64,000 bases of DNA, taken from assembly GCA_002441285.1 (NCBI GenBank), contig DJVR01000007.1, positions 45,118-109,117 on the forward strand. The letters are read 5' to 3'. The position numbers were made by a program, and so were the translations under genes. This document shows, in pieces, positions 1 to 9,382 of the stretch. This DNA is from Candidatus Atribacteria bacterium UBA6251 (GTDB lineage Bacteria > Atribacterota > Phoenicimicrobiia > Phoenicimicrobiales > Phoenicimicrobiaceae). Positions within the stretch are counted from its first letter, which is position 1. Each line of letters opens with the position of its first letter. Below the pieces are notes generated by a model. That model was given only the letters and a program-made list of their open reading frames with translations. It was not told the origin of the DNA and did no database searches.

Positions 1-1
1 T

Positions 2-3000
2 CCGCAAAATAATATAGAAGAGTGGGACGGAGATGAAGAAGGAGAAGGACGTAATCATTTGATTGCTTTTTTTGCAGTTCAAGTGGTTCTTGATGCTTAC
101 CATTGGCTTGGATCAAAATTATCTAATCTTGAGATAATCAGTCGTGATACCAGTTTATTTTATCCTGTCAATACTGAGGTGACTCATTATAATCAATCCC
201 TGAGCCCTCCTGGTGTAGCCTGGATTGATGTAAAAAAGGGATATTACTATCCACAAGAAATTGATGAAGATATAATCAGGGATAATAAACAAATTATAGC
301 TCAAAGGTGGCAAAGTTTGCGTTCTACCCTTACTCACGAATACGGTCATAAAATAATGCACGATGTTTATTGGACCCTACCTAAACCTTTAAAATTCTGG
401 GAAAGTTCAGATCATCAGGTTACTACTTGTAAAAGTCCAGAATTTGCCTGGAAGGAAGGATGGGCTGAATTCTTTGCAGCTGCTGTATTAAACTGGCCCA
501 CCCTTAATGGAGAAAAGGGTAATTTGGTCAATTTGCCTATATCTTATAAAAAAGTACATCATATTGAAGAGGTTTATTATCCTGATACAAAACAGATTAA
601 TCCCCTTGGGCATTCACCAGAAAGAGTTCCTCTGATAGCTTTTGATGGCAAGGGTGATTTTAATTGGAGGGAAGAAATTTCAAACGATAAACGGGCAATA
701 AATGAAGCAGAAAATGCTGCTGTCTTATGGGATATCTTTGATCCAAAGGGTTGGGAATATTTACCTGAGAATGAGCAAGAATCCAAACCAGATGAATGGA
801 CCACACCCTTGAAATGGTTTGATCCTTTAGAAGATCCAAATTTTGAACATATCTGGGAAATGATAGCTGGTGAAAGAGAATATAGTATAGGAGGAGTAAC
901 GGTTGCGACCGGGGTAAGGCAACCAGATTGTCTGATTGATGAGGGCGATGTGTGGGAAGACAGTTTTTGGTATTACTGGAAGAATAAAGAAGATGGTTAT
1001 GGAAATAATGCTGAATTAATGCATGGACTAAAGGCAATTATGTATAATCGGGGGATTACCAGTGGGGAATATACTGCAAACCGCCCTGAAATAAGAATTT
1101 TAAATATAGATCTAGAAAATAATAAGATAGAGATAGAAGTAACTGAAGAAGATTTAGAAGATCAACCTTATCTGTATTATAATTTAGTATATCCCGATGA
1201 TACTGGTGATTACTCTCCCAATTTTACCGAAGACCAGCCTTTAAGCGGGGAATGGGAAAATAATATCCTGTTATTTTCCATCGATGTACTACCTATTGAT
1301 CAATGGTCTAAAAATAAATTGATAATCAAGGTACATGATAATATGTTATGTTCGTTTATTGAGGTGGAGAATACGCTTCCTGTAGAGTTAAAAGTTGGCT
1401 GGGGTGAATTACCTCTTTTTGTCCCCCTTAACTCTGGAAGAGTTTTAGAAAGTGATTATTACCCCGGTCGTCAAGCTACCATAAACTTTTGGGTGGAAAA
1501 TGAAAGCAAGAAGAATTATCTAAGTAATCTGTCAGAATATCAAAATAAACCTTTAGAACTTTCCTTTTTTATAGACCATAATAATGATCATCATTATGAT
1601 GATAATGAAAAAATATGGGAAGAGGGGATAGAAAGCTTACCAGCTCTTTCCAAGAAATTATTTAATATTGAATTGTGTCTAAGCATAGATCAAAAAGAAG
1701 GAAGTAACGCAGAAGATAATAAGATTTATTTTCCAGGTTTTTATGAGTGTAAATTAACAGTATCAATTTTAGAAGAAGAAGAGAATAAAGATAATAATTC
1801 TATTCTTGCTTCTATTGAGTTTATTACCTCTCCAGAATTAGATAATACCCTCCCCGATTTTGTGCTGGAGAAGGTTAATGTCTCAATTGATCAATATAAA
1901 AATCTTAACCTAAGTTTTGATATATCCGAAAAAAGTGGAGCTAAAACAATTATTGATAAATGGAATGAATATAATCAACAGAATCCTTATTATCCACAAT
2001 GGGGTCCCATTAATTATGAACTTCACTTGAGAGATGGTCATGGATTTGATCTCCTGCTCAGTTCAGGAGAATTAGAAAAAATATCTTATCAGGAAAGTAG
2101 GTCTATTCAAATAGAACGTTTAAATTTAGATTATATCCCGGCAGAGAAGTATGACTTATATCTAGGTATTAATTTGGGAATAAATGGTCAAGAAATTATT
2201 TCAGAAACAAATTGGGAAAATAATCATGCCTTTATGGGTTGGTTTACTTTAACTGATGAAAGGACTTACCCCTGGTTTACGAAGGGTGGTGATCGTGGGC
2301 ATACCGGATGGAAAAAACTTAATCTTAAACCACCTTTAATTACTGATTGGGTGAGGGAAGCTTACGGGATTCCGGTAGATATAGTCTGTAATTCCGACAG
2401 CTTTTTTGTCCTATCTACCGCTGGTACTATTACCAAGTATAACTCTTCTGGAGAGGAGCAATTCAGGGTAAATGGATTTGATGGAACACCCTTACAGTCC
2501 ACTGCCCTGTTATTGATCTATCCCGATACCGAGCAGGAAAGATTATTAGCCTTTTCCGATGATAATCGGTTGATGATTATTGATACCCAAACTGGTAATA
2601 GTGTATGGACGAGCAATAATATCTTTAGTGATTCGACTGATGGTTCTAAACGGAGTGTTCGAAAATATAGTAGAAGCCTGGATTATGACGGTTATTATCT
2701 ATTAGCTGGTTGGCCGATCACCTTATACCATTTTACCTCTGGCCAGAGCCAACCAGAACTTTGCTGGCAATTAGATAAACAAGGAAGTGGAGAGGTCTTT
2801 CTATTGGGAAATTATATTTTAGCTGGGCCATACCTTTATAGCCTGAGTGGAGAGGAATTGGAATATTTTAAATGGATGGATAATCATACTTTGCGCTATT
2901 TACAGTATATTTTTACCGATAGATATAAATATGACTATCTCTCTGGGCGATTAAATCCATTGGAAGAAGTACAGAATCCAGGCGGTCTTTTTTCTAATAA

Positions 3001-4195
3001 GCTTATAGCAGGTCGACAAATGCAGTGTTTCGATCATCAAGGAAACCAACAGTGGATCCTTCCCCAGAATATTGAACAAGAATATTATCCAGATTCTTCA
3101 CTTCAAAAAATTTCTGTCTATATTAAGCCAGAAAGTATAATTAGTCTGGGGAGTGATAACGAGGCATATGCTTATGCTATTAACCAAGATTATCAATTAC
3201 TGGCGGTAGACTTGATCAGTGGTCAACCGGTATGGTACCGTGAGTTTGTAGAGACATCGAGCTCGCTTAATAATTTAAGGGAAAATATACCTGATTATCT
3301 ATCTTCTCAATTTGATTTAAAGAATGCCTATCATCAAACTCCACTGAGTATGACCGAGGGCTTGGCGGTAAATATCACTTGTTTGGTTCCTTTTCAAGAT
3401 TCTTTGCTAATAGGCACGGTAGGGCAAAAAATTTATCGTCTAATTCCCTCCCATCTAGACCATCTGACAGTTTGGGGTTATATACCTTTTGTGTTTTATG
3501 GGCCTACTACTCTTAAAGTGACGGTTCAGGCGATAAATGAATTAGGAGTAAATTTCCCTCTGGAAGATAAAATTACTGTGATTGGAAATACTATTAATAG
3601 TCCACATCCTAAGTATTATAAAATCCAAGAAGATATTTCTCTTCCCATAAAGCTATCTGATTCCGAGAAACTTGTAGTAGATTATCCTGAGAAACCATCT
3701 ATAGGTAGTAATTACTTCAATTTTGTCGATATTCAAACCTTATCTCCTCGATTTTCTATTCCCTTAAAGATTGATAATATCCAATCTCGTCCTCGTATTA
3801 GTCAGAAGAATGCCCCTATTAGTGAAATCTTTACTTTAACTATAAACTCAGAGGCAGAGGTAGTATATAAACCAAAGAAGGAGAAAAATTCAGTTACTCT
3901 TTACTATTCCCACTATGGAGCAGAGGAAGTCTCTCGAGTATTATATGAGCATTCCTTTAATATTGTGGTAAGTAGTGGAAGTATTCAACAAATAATTAAA
4001 GATTATGATTTTATAAATTTGAAGATTAATCTAAATGATGAAATAGCTGAGGATAATTTTTTTGTAAAAATAAATGGTGAATTATATCGGGAGTGGACTT
4101 TAACCAATCATTATTTAATCATTCAATGCCTTAATGCTTTTAAAAAGTTAAATAGTAATCAATTAAATATTTTGATTTTGAAGATGAAAAATTAA
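2..4195 (+). CDS. Large secreted multidomain protein, 5' partial: MA-clan zinc-metallopeptidase-like region plus PQQ/BamB-like beta-propeller-like repeats
   Basis: The frame is open from nt 2 with no stop upstream of the TTG at 59, so the gene probably starts outside the window. HEYGH (HExxH) is followed about 40 aa later by EGWAEF, as in peptidase_MA-type gluzincins. Later segments (RLMIIDTQTGNSVW, LLAVDLISGQPVWY) resemble PQQ/BamB propeller blades. Function cannot be assigned from sequence alone. Confidence 0.65.
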   Translation, partial: PQNNIEEWDGDEEGEGRNHLIAFFAVQVVLDAYHWLGSKLSNLEIISRDTSLFYPVNTEVTHYNQSLSPPGVAWIDVKKGYYYPQEIDEDIIRDNKQIIAQRWQSLRSTLTHEYGHKIMHDVYWTLPKPLKFWESSDHQVTTCKSPEFAWKEGWAEFFAAAVLNWPTLNGEKGNLVNLPISYKKVHHIEEVYYPDTKQINPLGHSPERVPLIAFDGKGDFNWREEISNDKRAINEAENAAVLWDIFDPKGWEYLPENEQESKPDEWTTPLKWFDPLEDPNFEHIWEMIAGEREYSIGGVTVATGVRQPDCLIDEGDVWEDSFWYYWKNKEDGYGNNAELMHGLKAIMYNRGITSGEYTANRPEIRILNIDLENNKIEIEVTEEDLEDQPYLYYNLVYPDDTGDYSPNFTEDQPLSGEWENNILLFSIDVLPIDQWSKNKLIIKVHDNMLCSFIEVENTLPVELKVGWGELPLFVPLNSGRVLESDYYPGRQATINFWVENESKKNYLSNLSEYQNKPLELSFFIDHNNDHHYDDNEKIWEEGIESLPALSKKLFNIELCLSIDQKEGSNAEDNKIYFPGFYECKLTVSILEEEENKDNNSILASIEFITSPELDNTLPDFVLEKVNVSIDQYKNLNLSFDISEKSGAKTIIDKWNEYNQQNPYYPQWGPINYELHLRDGHGFDLLLSSGELEKISYQESRSIQIERLNLDYIPAEKYDLYLGINLGINGQEIISETNWENNHAFMGWFTLTDERTYPWFTKGGDRGHTGWKKLNLKPPLITDWVREAYGIPVDIVCNSDSFFVLSTAGTITKYNSSGEEQFRVNGFDGTPLQSTALLLIYPDTEQERLLAFSDDNRLMIIDTQTGNSVWTSNNIFSDSTDGSKRSVRKYSRSLDYDGYYLLAGWPITLYHFTSGQSQPELCWQLDKQGSGEVFLLGNYILAGPYLYSLSGEELEYFKWMDNHTLRYLQYIFTDRYKYDYLSGRLNPLEEVQNPGGLFSNKLIAGRQMQCFDHQGNQQWILPQNIEQEYYPDSSLQKISVYIKPESIISLGSDNEAYAYAINQDYQLLAVDLISGQPVWYREFVETSSSLNNLRENIPDYLSSQFDLKNAYHQTPLSMTEGLAVNITCLVPFQDSLLIGTVGQKIYRLIPSHLDHLTVWGYIPFVFYGPTTLKVTVQAINELGVNFPLEDKITVIGNTINSPHPKYYKIQEDISLPIKLSDSEKLVVDYPEKPSIGSNYFNFVDIQTLSPRFSIPLKIDNIQSRPRISQKNAPISEIFTLTINSEAEVVYKPKKEKNSVTLYYSHYGAEEVSRVLYEHSFNIVVSSGSIQQIIKDYDFINLKINLNDEIAEDNFFVKINGELYREWTLTNHYLIIQCLNAFKKLNSNQLNILILKMKN

Positions 4196-4260
4196 TTTTT
4201 ATTTACAACTAAATCTGAGCTAAAAAGGGAATTATCAGTAATAAGGGGAGGGTAAGAATT

Positions 4261-5430
4261 ATGCTCAACAATAAAAGGAGAAGTATTTTTTTTAAAAAAT
4301 ATCTTTTTATCTTTATCCTTATTTTACTCTGGTTAAATCTTGGGGAGAGTAAAATAATAGCTAAGGAATTTTATTCTTTGCATGATATTAATCTTGTGCA
4401 ACAAGATATAATCATTTTAGACGAACTGACCTTACAAGAAATGGTTTATGTTTCTCCAGATCAGAGTACTTTTATTTTCAGAAATATAACCTCCCAGTTA
4501 GAGCAATTGAAGATAGGGGATATTTTGTGGTTCTATGCAGAGGTAAAGCAGGATTTTGGTTTTTTAAGACAAATTGCCAATATTCAAAGAAACAAAGCTG
4601 GAGGGCAAGGAGTAATTATTTATACCATCCCCTGGCAAGAAAATCACCCTCCAGTAATTACATCTCTTATGGTTCAGCCTTCTACCCTGGTTGTCGGTCA
4701 ACAGGCTGATTTAATCTGTTATGCGGCAGATGAAGATCAGGATAGACTTTATTATAATTGGTTTAATAGTGAAGGAATTATTATAGGAACTGGTGCTTAT
4801 GTCCAATGGATTGCTCCTTACCAGAGTGGTAATTATTTAATTACCTGTGAAGTAAGTGATGCGCGAGGAGAAAAAGCTACTAAATCTATTCAAATCTTGG
4901 TAGTAGAAAAACTTCCTTTATTAAGTGAAAAGGAAAAATTATTAATTAGGAAATTTGGTTGGGGAGATGGAAGGCGAGCTATTCGCTGGCCTGAAGGTAG
5001 GGTAGCGGTCTATGATGGCACTAATTTCAGTAAAATGCAGGAAGTTTTGGATGAATGGAATAAGGTTATGGAAGGTAAAGTGGTTTTCTATTTAAGCCAT
5101 AATCCCCAGAGTCCAGTAAAAATAACCTACAACTATGAGTTAAGTAAAAAAAATCTTTGTACCCATATTGATACCCATTGGCGAAATTATCAACTTTATG
5201 CTGCAGAAATTCAGATTAATCCAGATTCCCAAAGGTGTGGTTTTCCCGGAAATCTATATGCCGCCTATCTTCATTGTTTTTCTGGAGTAGCTGGATTTAA
5301 TGTCTGGCAGGGGACCATCGTTGAGCTAGAGGATTGGCAGCATTTTACTCAGATTTCAGAAATTATACAAGAGATGATTAAAGCCCTTTACCGTATTCCC
5401 CCTGGTTATGATTTATATTATGAGGAATAA
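4261..5430 (+). CDS. Secreted protein with Ig/PKD-like module and C-terminal domain of unknown function
   Basis: Hydrophobic signal-like N-terminus (YLFIFILILLWLNLG). Central Ig/PKD-like module (PPVITSLMVQPSTLVVGQQADLICYA...YLITCEVSDARGEKATKSIQILVV). GGGAGGG lies upstream of the ATG. Confidence 0.6.
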   Translation: MLNNKRRSIFFKKYLFIFILILLWLNLGESKIIAKEFYSLHDINLVQQDIIILDELTLQEMVYVSPDQSTFIFRNITSQLEQLKIGDILWFYAEVKQDFGFLRQIANIQRNKAGGQGVIIYTIPWQENHPPVITSLMVQPSTLVVGQQADLICYAADEDQDRLYYNWFNSEGIIIGTGAYVQWIAPYQSGNYLITCEVSDARGEKATKSIQILVVEKLPLLSEKEKLLIRKFGWGDGRRAIRWPEGRVAVYDGTNFSKMQEVLDEWNKVMEGKVVFYLSHNPQSPVKITYNYELSKKNLCTHIDTHWRNYQLYAAEIQINPDSQRCGFPGNLYAAYLHCFSGVAGFNVWQGTIVELEDWQHFTQISEIIQEMIKALYRIPPGYDLYYEE

Positions 5431-5612
5431 TATTTATAAAATGGGTTGCTTTTGAAAAAGGGGAGGGGATAATCTTTATTTAGCTTGTCCAGATTTCTTA
5501 GAGATTAATAAGATAGAAAAGATTAGTGATAATTCTAATATCTGGATTCAAATCAGTAGATAAGCATCAGAGATTTTTTATTTTATAAACAGTAAAAGGA
5601 GAATTACTCATA

Positions 5613-6164
5613 ATGGAGAAAAAATATGTCTTTATTTTTTTAATTTTGTTAATTTTAGTTTTCAATCTAACGGCAAAAGCTCAAAATACGGAAAGTGTAC
5701 TAGAGAAAAAAAATCCTGAAGGATATTTATTTTATCACTATTCATATGCCTTTTTGGATATTTCTCTGGTTTATCCAAAAGGTTGGATTAATTATTCTTC
5801 TCAGGAGCGGGGAATCTTAATTTATACTCCTGATTCTATAGGAGTAGCGATGCTTCTGGGGACTCCTCTTTTTGGAGAAGATTACACTCTAGAAAAATTA
5901 TGGGCGGAAAATATGGAAAACCTGAAGTCAGGTGGAGCGGTCTTTCAAGAAATAAGTTCAGCAACCCTTTCTGGATATCCAGCAATTAAGGCTTTTCATA
6001 CTATTAAAATTGGTAATAGCCTCTATCAATATGTTCGTTATAGTGCCCTTATCGGAGATATGTTTTATACCTTTAGTTTCCATGCTCCGGCTAATGATTT
6101 TCAAAAATATCTGACCGAAATTTTAACAATAATTGACTCGGTGACTATTAAAGTTTTTGAATAA
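5613..6164 (+). CDS. Secreted hypothetical protein
   Basis: AAGGAG upstream. Signal peptide-like N-terminus (FIFLILLILVFNLTAKAQ). No recognisable catalytic motif. Confidence 0.55.
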   Translation: MEKKYVFIFLILLILVFNLTAKAQNTESVLEKKNPEGYLFYHYSYAFLDISLVYPKGWINYSSQERGILIYTPDSIGVAMLLGTPLFGEDYTLEKLWAENMENLKSGGAVFQEISSATLSGYPAIKAFHTIKIGNSLYQYVRYSALIGDMFYTFSFHAPANDFQKYLTEILTIIDSVTIKVFE

Positions 6165-6395
6165 AAATGATTTGATATAATAAATTTTTATAGCTATAAC
6201 CTTTTAATTTATTAATTTAGCTGGTAAGATTAATTGTTAAAAGAGGGTGAAAAAATTAAAAACTAGAGATAATTTCAAAATTTTCTATCTTCCTGGAAGT
6301 AGTAAAATTTTAAAAAATTTTTTACTAAGAGAATAGAAATATCACTTTATATATTATAATAAATTTGAAATTTTGGGAAGTAAGGAGGTGAAAAA

Positions 6396-6560
6396 ATGAC
6401 TCGAAGATATTGTATTGTTTGCGGAGAAGATGTAAAGAAAAATAAATATACTACCGAGTATGATGGGGTAGAATATTATTTTTGCTCAGCAGAATGTATG
6501 GAGGAATTTGAAAATAATCCGGAGGAATATGTAGAAATAGATAACGAGGATTGGAATTAA
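6396..6560 (+). CDS. Small TRASH/YHS-type metal-binding domain protein (54 aa), absent from the ORF track
   Basis: AAGGAGG lies 6-7 nt upstream of the ATG at 6396. Translation: MTRRYCIVCGEDVKKNKYTTEYDGVEYYFCSAECMEEFENNPEEYVEIDNEDWN. The Cys pattern C-x2-C-x20-C-x3-C matches the TRASH/YHS motif (C-x2-C-x19-22-C-x3-C). Confidence 0.65.
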   Translation: MTRRYCIVCGEDVKKNKYTTEYDGVEYYFCSAECMEEFENNPEEYVEIDNEDWN

Positions 6561-6614
6561 ATTTAGAAGATAATTGAGTAAAATAGTACTAATTGTTCTT
6601 ATAAAATATTATAT

Positions 6615-6669
6615 GCCAAAAGTCTCGGGATAATTTAAAAAATAACATCAGGACTTTTGGCATTTTTTT
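6615..6669. terminator. Putative bidirectional intrinsic terminator between convergent genes
   Basis: GCCAAAAGTC (6615-6624) pairs perfectly with GACTTTTGGC (6652-6661) and is followed by ATTTTTTT. The loop is long (27 nt), which lowers confidence. Confidence 0.35.
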
Positions 6670-6745
6670 ATTTGATTTGTTGCCCTTAATATATTTCCTC
6701 GAATAAGTATAGATGAGTTTTTCTAAAAAAGATGTTTATTTTAGG

Positions 6746-9376
6746 TCAATCAGAGAAACTTTTCACCCATTCCGGGGGAGCTGGAGGGTTGGACTCCAGT
6801 ATTTCTCTCCATGCTTGGTCAGTTAGTCGTTGGTCCATAGGTTGTTTAAATTCATAGTAACTGAATACTGGTCCAATTCCCAATTCAAGTTGCCCTCTAG
6901 GGCTGTAATAGGCTACTAACATAGTTTTAAGATACCCCACTCCTTCTTCTAAAACCTTTTTGGTATTGCCATCAGTATGGAGGTCAGTTATCAGGACGGT
7001 TGATAAACCTGCTGAATCAATATCCCCTCCGGACACTATTTTAATTAAATTTTCCGCAATTTCACCAAAGTTTTGAATGAAATCGTATTCTTCTTGCGCT
7101 AAAGTAGTATTTTCTATTTCTTTCTTAGAAATATCTGTTAATTTAGTTAATATTTTTAAAAATTCTTCTAAACCAAATTTAATCATTAAAGATTCTAATT
7201 CTTCAGCAGAGATTAACTTTTTCAATTTTAGGAGAGTCAAATTGGTTAAGGAAAGAAGACGGTGGTAAAATTGAGGAGCTGGTTCTACATAGCCCCATAT
7301 CGGCGGTTCTTCAAACATACCGCCTTTTTCTGCCATAGTATAACTTTGTTTGACATAAAGGATGGTATCGTGTCTTAGTTCTGCCCAGGAGGCTAGAGCA
7401 GTATTTAATTCCTTATCCTGCCAGGCAGAAGTCTGTGTGAAGGTAGGATAACCTGTTCCACCTTCTTCCCATAAAGATCGCAACACATAAAGCCAATTCA
7501 TATAAAGATTTTTATACCACTCTTCTTTATCCAGAGAATGAAAATAGTTATTAAGAACAGAAAAAACTTTATCGAAATCTGTATACTGAGTATCTCCCAA
7601 AATTTCTAAAATTTCTTTAGCTCTTGCTGAACCCAAACAAGCTATTAAATCTAAACCTCGAGGGAAACCCCTTACCTCCCTGGCAGCGGGAGGTGGGCAA
7701 CTTGCTATTTCAGTTTTTACCCAGGTAAAGGGGCGATTTTGTCTATACCTCGGATATTCATCATCCCAGCTAAAGGTAAATGGTTTTTCTTCTGTAGGTA
7801 AAGGATGTTTTGGGCCATTATATTCTCCACTATAAGGAGAAACAATTTCTGAGAATAGCCAGGAATCTAAAGTAAATCTTTGACCTATTAATCTGAAGCC
7901 CTTAGTATAGTAAAGAAGTTTTTGGGCTTGGATTTTAAGATTTTTTATCTCTTCTTCTTTTAGAGGAGGACAGGGCATAAGCAATTCGCAAGCCCCCAAT
8001 CCACTGTAAATTTTAGGGTAAAAAGGAAAATCTATGATAATCTGTTTGAGCTCTAAAATATTTTTCTCTAATTCTGCAGGGGTGAAGGGTGATAAAGGTA
8101 TTTTGTTTAGAGCCTGATAATATTCATAAGGTCCTAAATCGTCTGAGAACCCCACCAGGAAAGAAGTAATAGTATAAATCTTATTCCACCTATCCAGGAG
8201 TTCTTGATTTTGAAAAAGATAACTGGTAAGTAAGAAGGCTTGGAGAGTTTGGATATGGGCATCATATTCAGAGATTATTCCCTCTATATTGCCTCTACAA
8301 CTTGATTCTCCAGGAACAAGAGAAGATGAACCCTGGATTAACGCAGTCATCCTTCCGTACCACATTAGAGCCTTGAAATAATTTTTTAATTTTTCTGATC
8401 TAGTGTAATGGCCTCGGGGGATATATTGAGAGTAATCTTCTTTATAAATAAAAATTGGCGAATATTCCCAGCCTTTCTGTTTTTCAATTAAATCAATCTC
8501 TTTTTTCACCAGCTCTTTAATTAGTGCAGGGATTTCAAAATGATACTTTTTCAGTTCTGTTTGACTAAAATATTGGTAGCTAACTTTCTCTCCATAGATA
8601 TTTTTTATTCCTTCAATCAACCTATAGCAAAGCTCTGGATCCATTCCGGGAGAACAATATTCTTTTTTAAGAATTTGATCATTTACAACTTGATTCTCTT
8701 TTGGTTTGAGTAGTTCTAAAGCAACCGCAAGATAAGCAATATTTCTTCTAGCTGCTTCTTTAAGATTATCACTATTTTGATGGTATGTTTTTAATGATTC
8801 TTCCAGAAGTTTTTCACTAATTATCCAGATATCAGGATAAAATACTTCTCTTTCTAATCTCATCAAAGTGGTATCAAAGAAGATATGATAGAAATGTAAT
8901 AGAGAGTCAGTAGTAATAAAGACAGGTAAATCTTTTTCTTTTATAGTTTTATAGTAGGCTACGAAATTATCTTTGGGGTAAACTACCTGGGTTGAAGATT
9001 CCAGAAATACTTCTCTTTCTCCAATGTCTATTGGGGTAGGAATTACTGTAAAACCATTTTCTTTTAATAATTGTAGAGCAGAGGGAGCGAGTGATATTTT
9101 CTGAGTTAGGTCCGGATAATTAGAGATACTCTCTAATTGCAAAGGTAGGGAATAAGCTGGAGCTTGCGGATTTATATTTAATTCTTCCCAAGATAAGAAT
9201 TCTTTTTTATTGACGAGTTGCTTGCTAAGGAGGGTAGACTCTGAAGCGTGGAGAGAATTAGAAGATAAAAAAGAAAAGAAAAGGAGGATCAGGAGAGCAA
9301 TTAACATTTTAGCTAAATCAAATTTATTCTTTTTTGAAAAAGAAAACGAAATTAATTTTATATTACCCTTAGACAT
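6746..9376 (-). CDS. Large secreted protein of unknown function (possibly DUF3160-like)
   Basis: 876-aa ORF with signal peptide (MLIALLILLFFSFLSSNSLHASES). The IPRGHYTRS segment resembles what I recall of DUF3160 proteins. This was not verified by any search. Confidence 0.55.
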   Translation of the reverse strand: MSKGNIKLISFSFSKKNKFDLAKMLIALLILLFFSFLSSNSLHASESTLLSKQLVNKKEFLSWEELNINPQAPAYSLPLQLESISNYPDLTQKISLAPSALQLLKENGFTVIPTPIDIGEREVFLESSTQVVYPKDNFVAYYKTIKEKDLPVFITTDSLLHFYHIFFDTTLMRLEREVFYPDIWIISEKLLEESLKTYHQNSDNLKEAARRNIAYLAVALELLKPKENQVVNDQILKKEYCSPGMDPELCYRLIEGIKNIYGEKVSYQYFSQTELKKYHFEIPALIKELVKKEIDLIEKQKGWEYSPIFIYKEDYSQYIPRGHYTRSEKLKNYFKALMWYGRMTALIQGSSSLVPGESSCRGNIEGIISEYDAHIQTLQAFLLTSYLFQNQELLDRWNKIYTITSFLVGFSDDLGPYEYYQALNKIPLSPFTPAELEKNILELKQIIIDFPFYPKIYSGLGACELLMPCPPLKEEEIKNLKIQAQKLLYYTKGFRLIGQRFTLDSWLFSEIVSPYSGEYNGPKHPLPTEEKPFTFSWDDEYPRYRQNRPFTWVKTEIASCPPPAAREVRGFPRGLDLIACLGSARAKEILEILGDTQYTDFDKVFSVLNNYFHSLDKEEWYKNLYMNWLYVLRSLWEEGGTGYPTFTQTSAWQDKELNTALASWAELRHDTILYVKQSYTMAEKGGMFEEPPIWGYVEPAPQFYHRLLSLTNLTLLKLKKLISAEELESLMIKFGLEEFLKILTKLTDISKKEIENTTLAQEEYDFIQNFGEIAENLIKIVSGGDIDSAGLSTVLITDLHTDGNTKKVLEEGVGYLKTMLVAYYSPRGQLELGIGPVFSYYEFKQPMDQRLTDQAWREILESNPPAPPEWVKSFSD

Positions 9377-9382
9377 TATCTT

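Noticed and set aside
155-1037. Minus-strand ORFs 155-361, 577-804 and 660-1037 from the track
   Set aside because: They are fully embedded antisense in the large 2-4195 CDS. They have no RBS and their composition is typical of shadow ORFs.
4527-4709. 60-aa plus-strand ORF inside 4261-5430
   Set aside because: It is an alternative frame of a longer, domain-containing CDS and has no independent signals.
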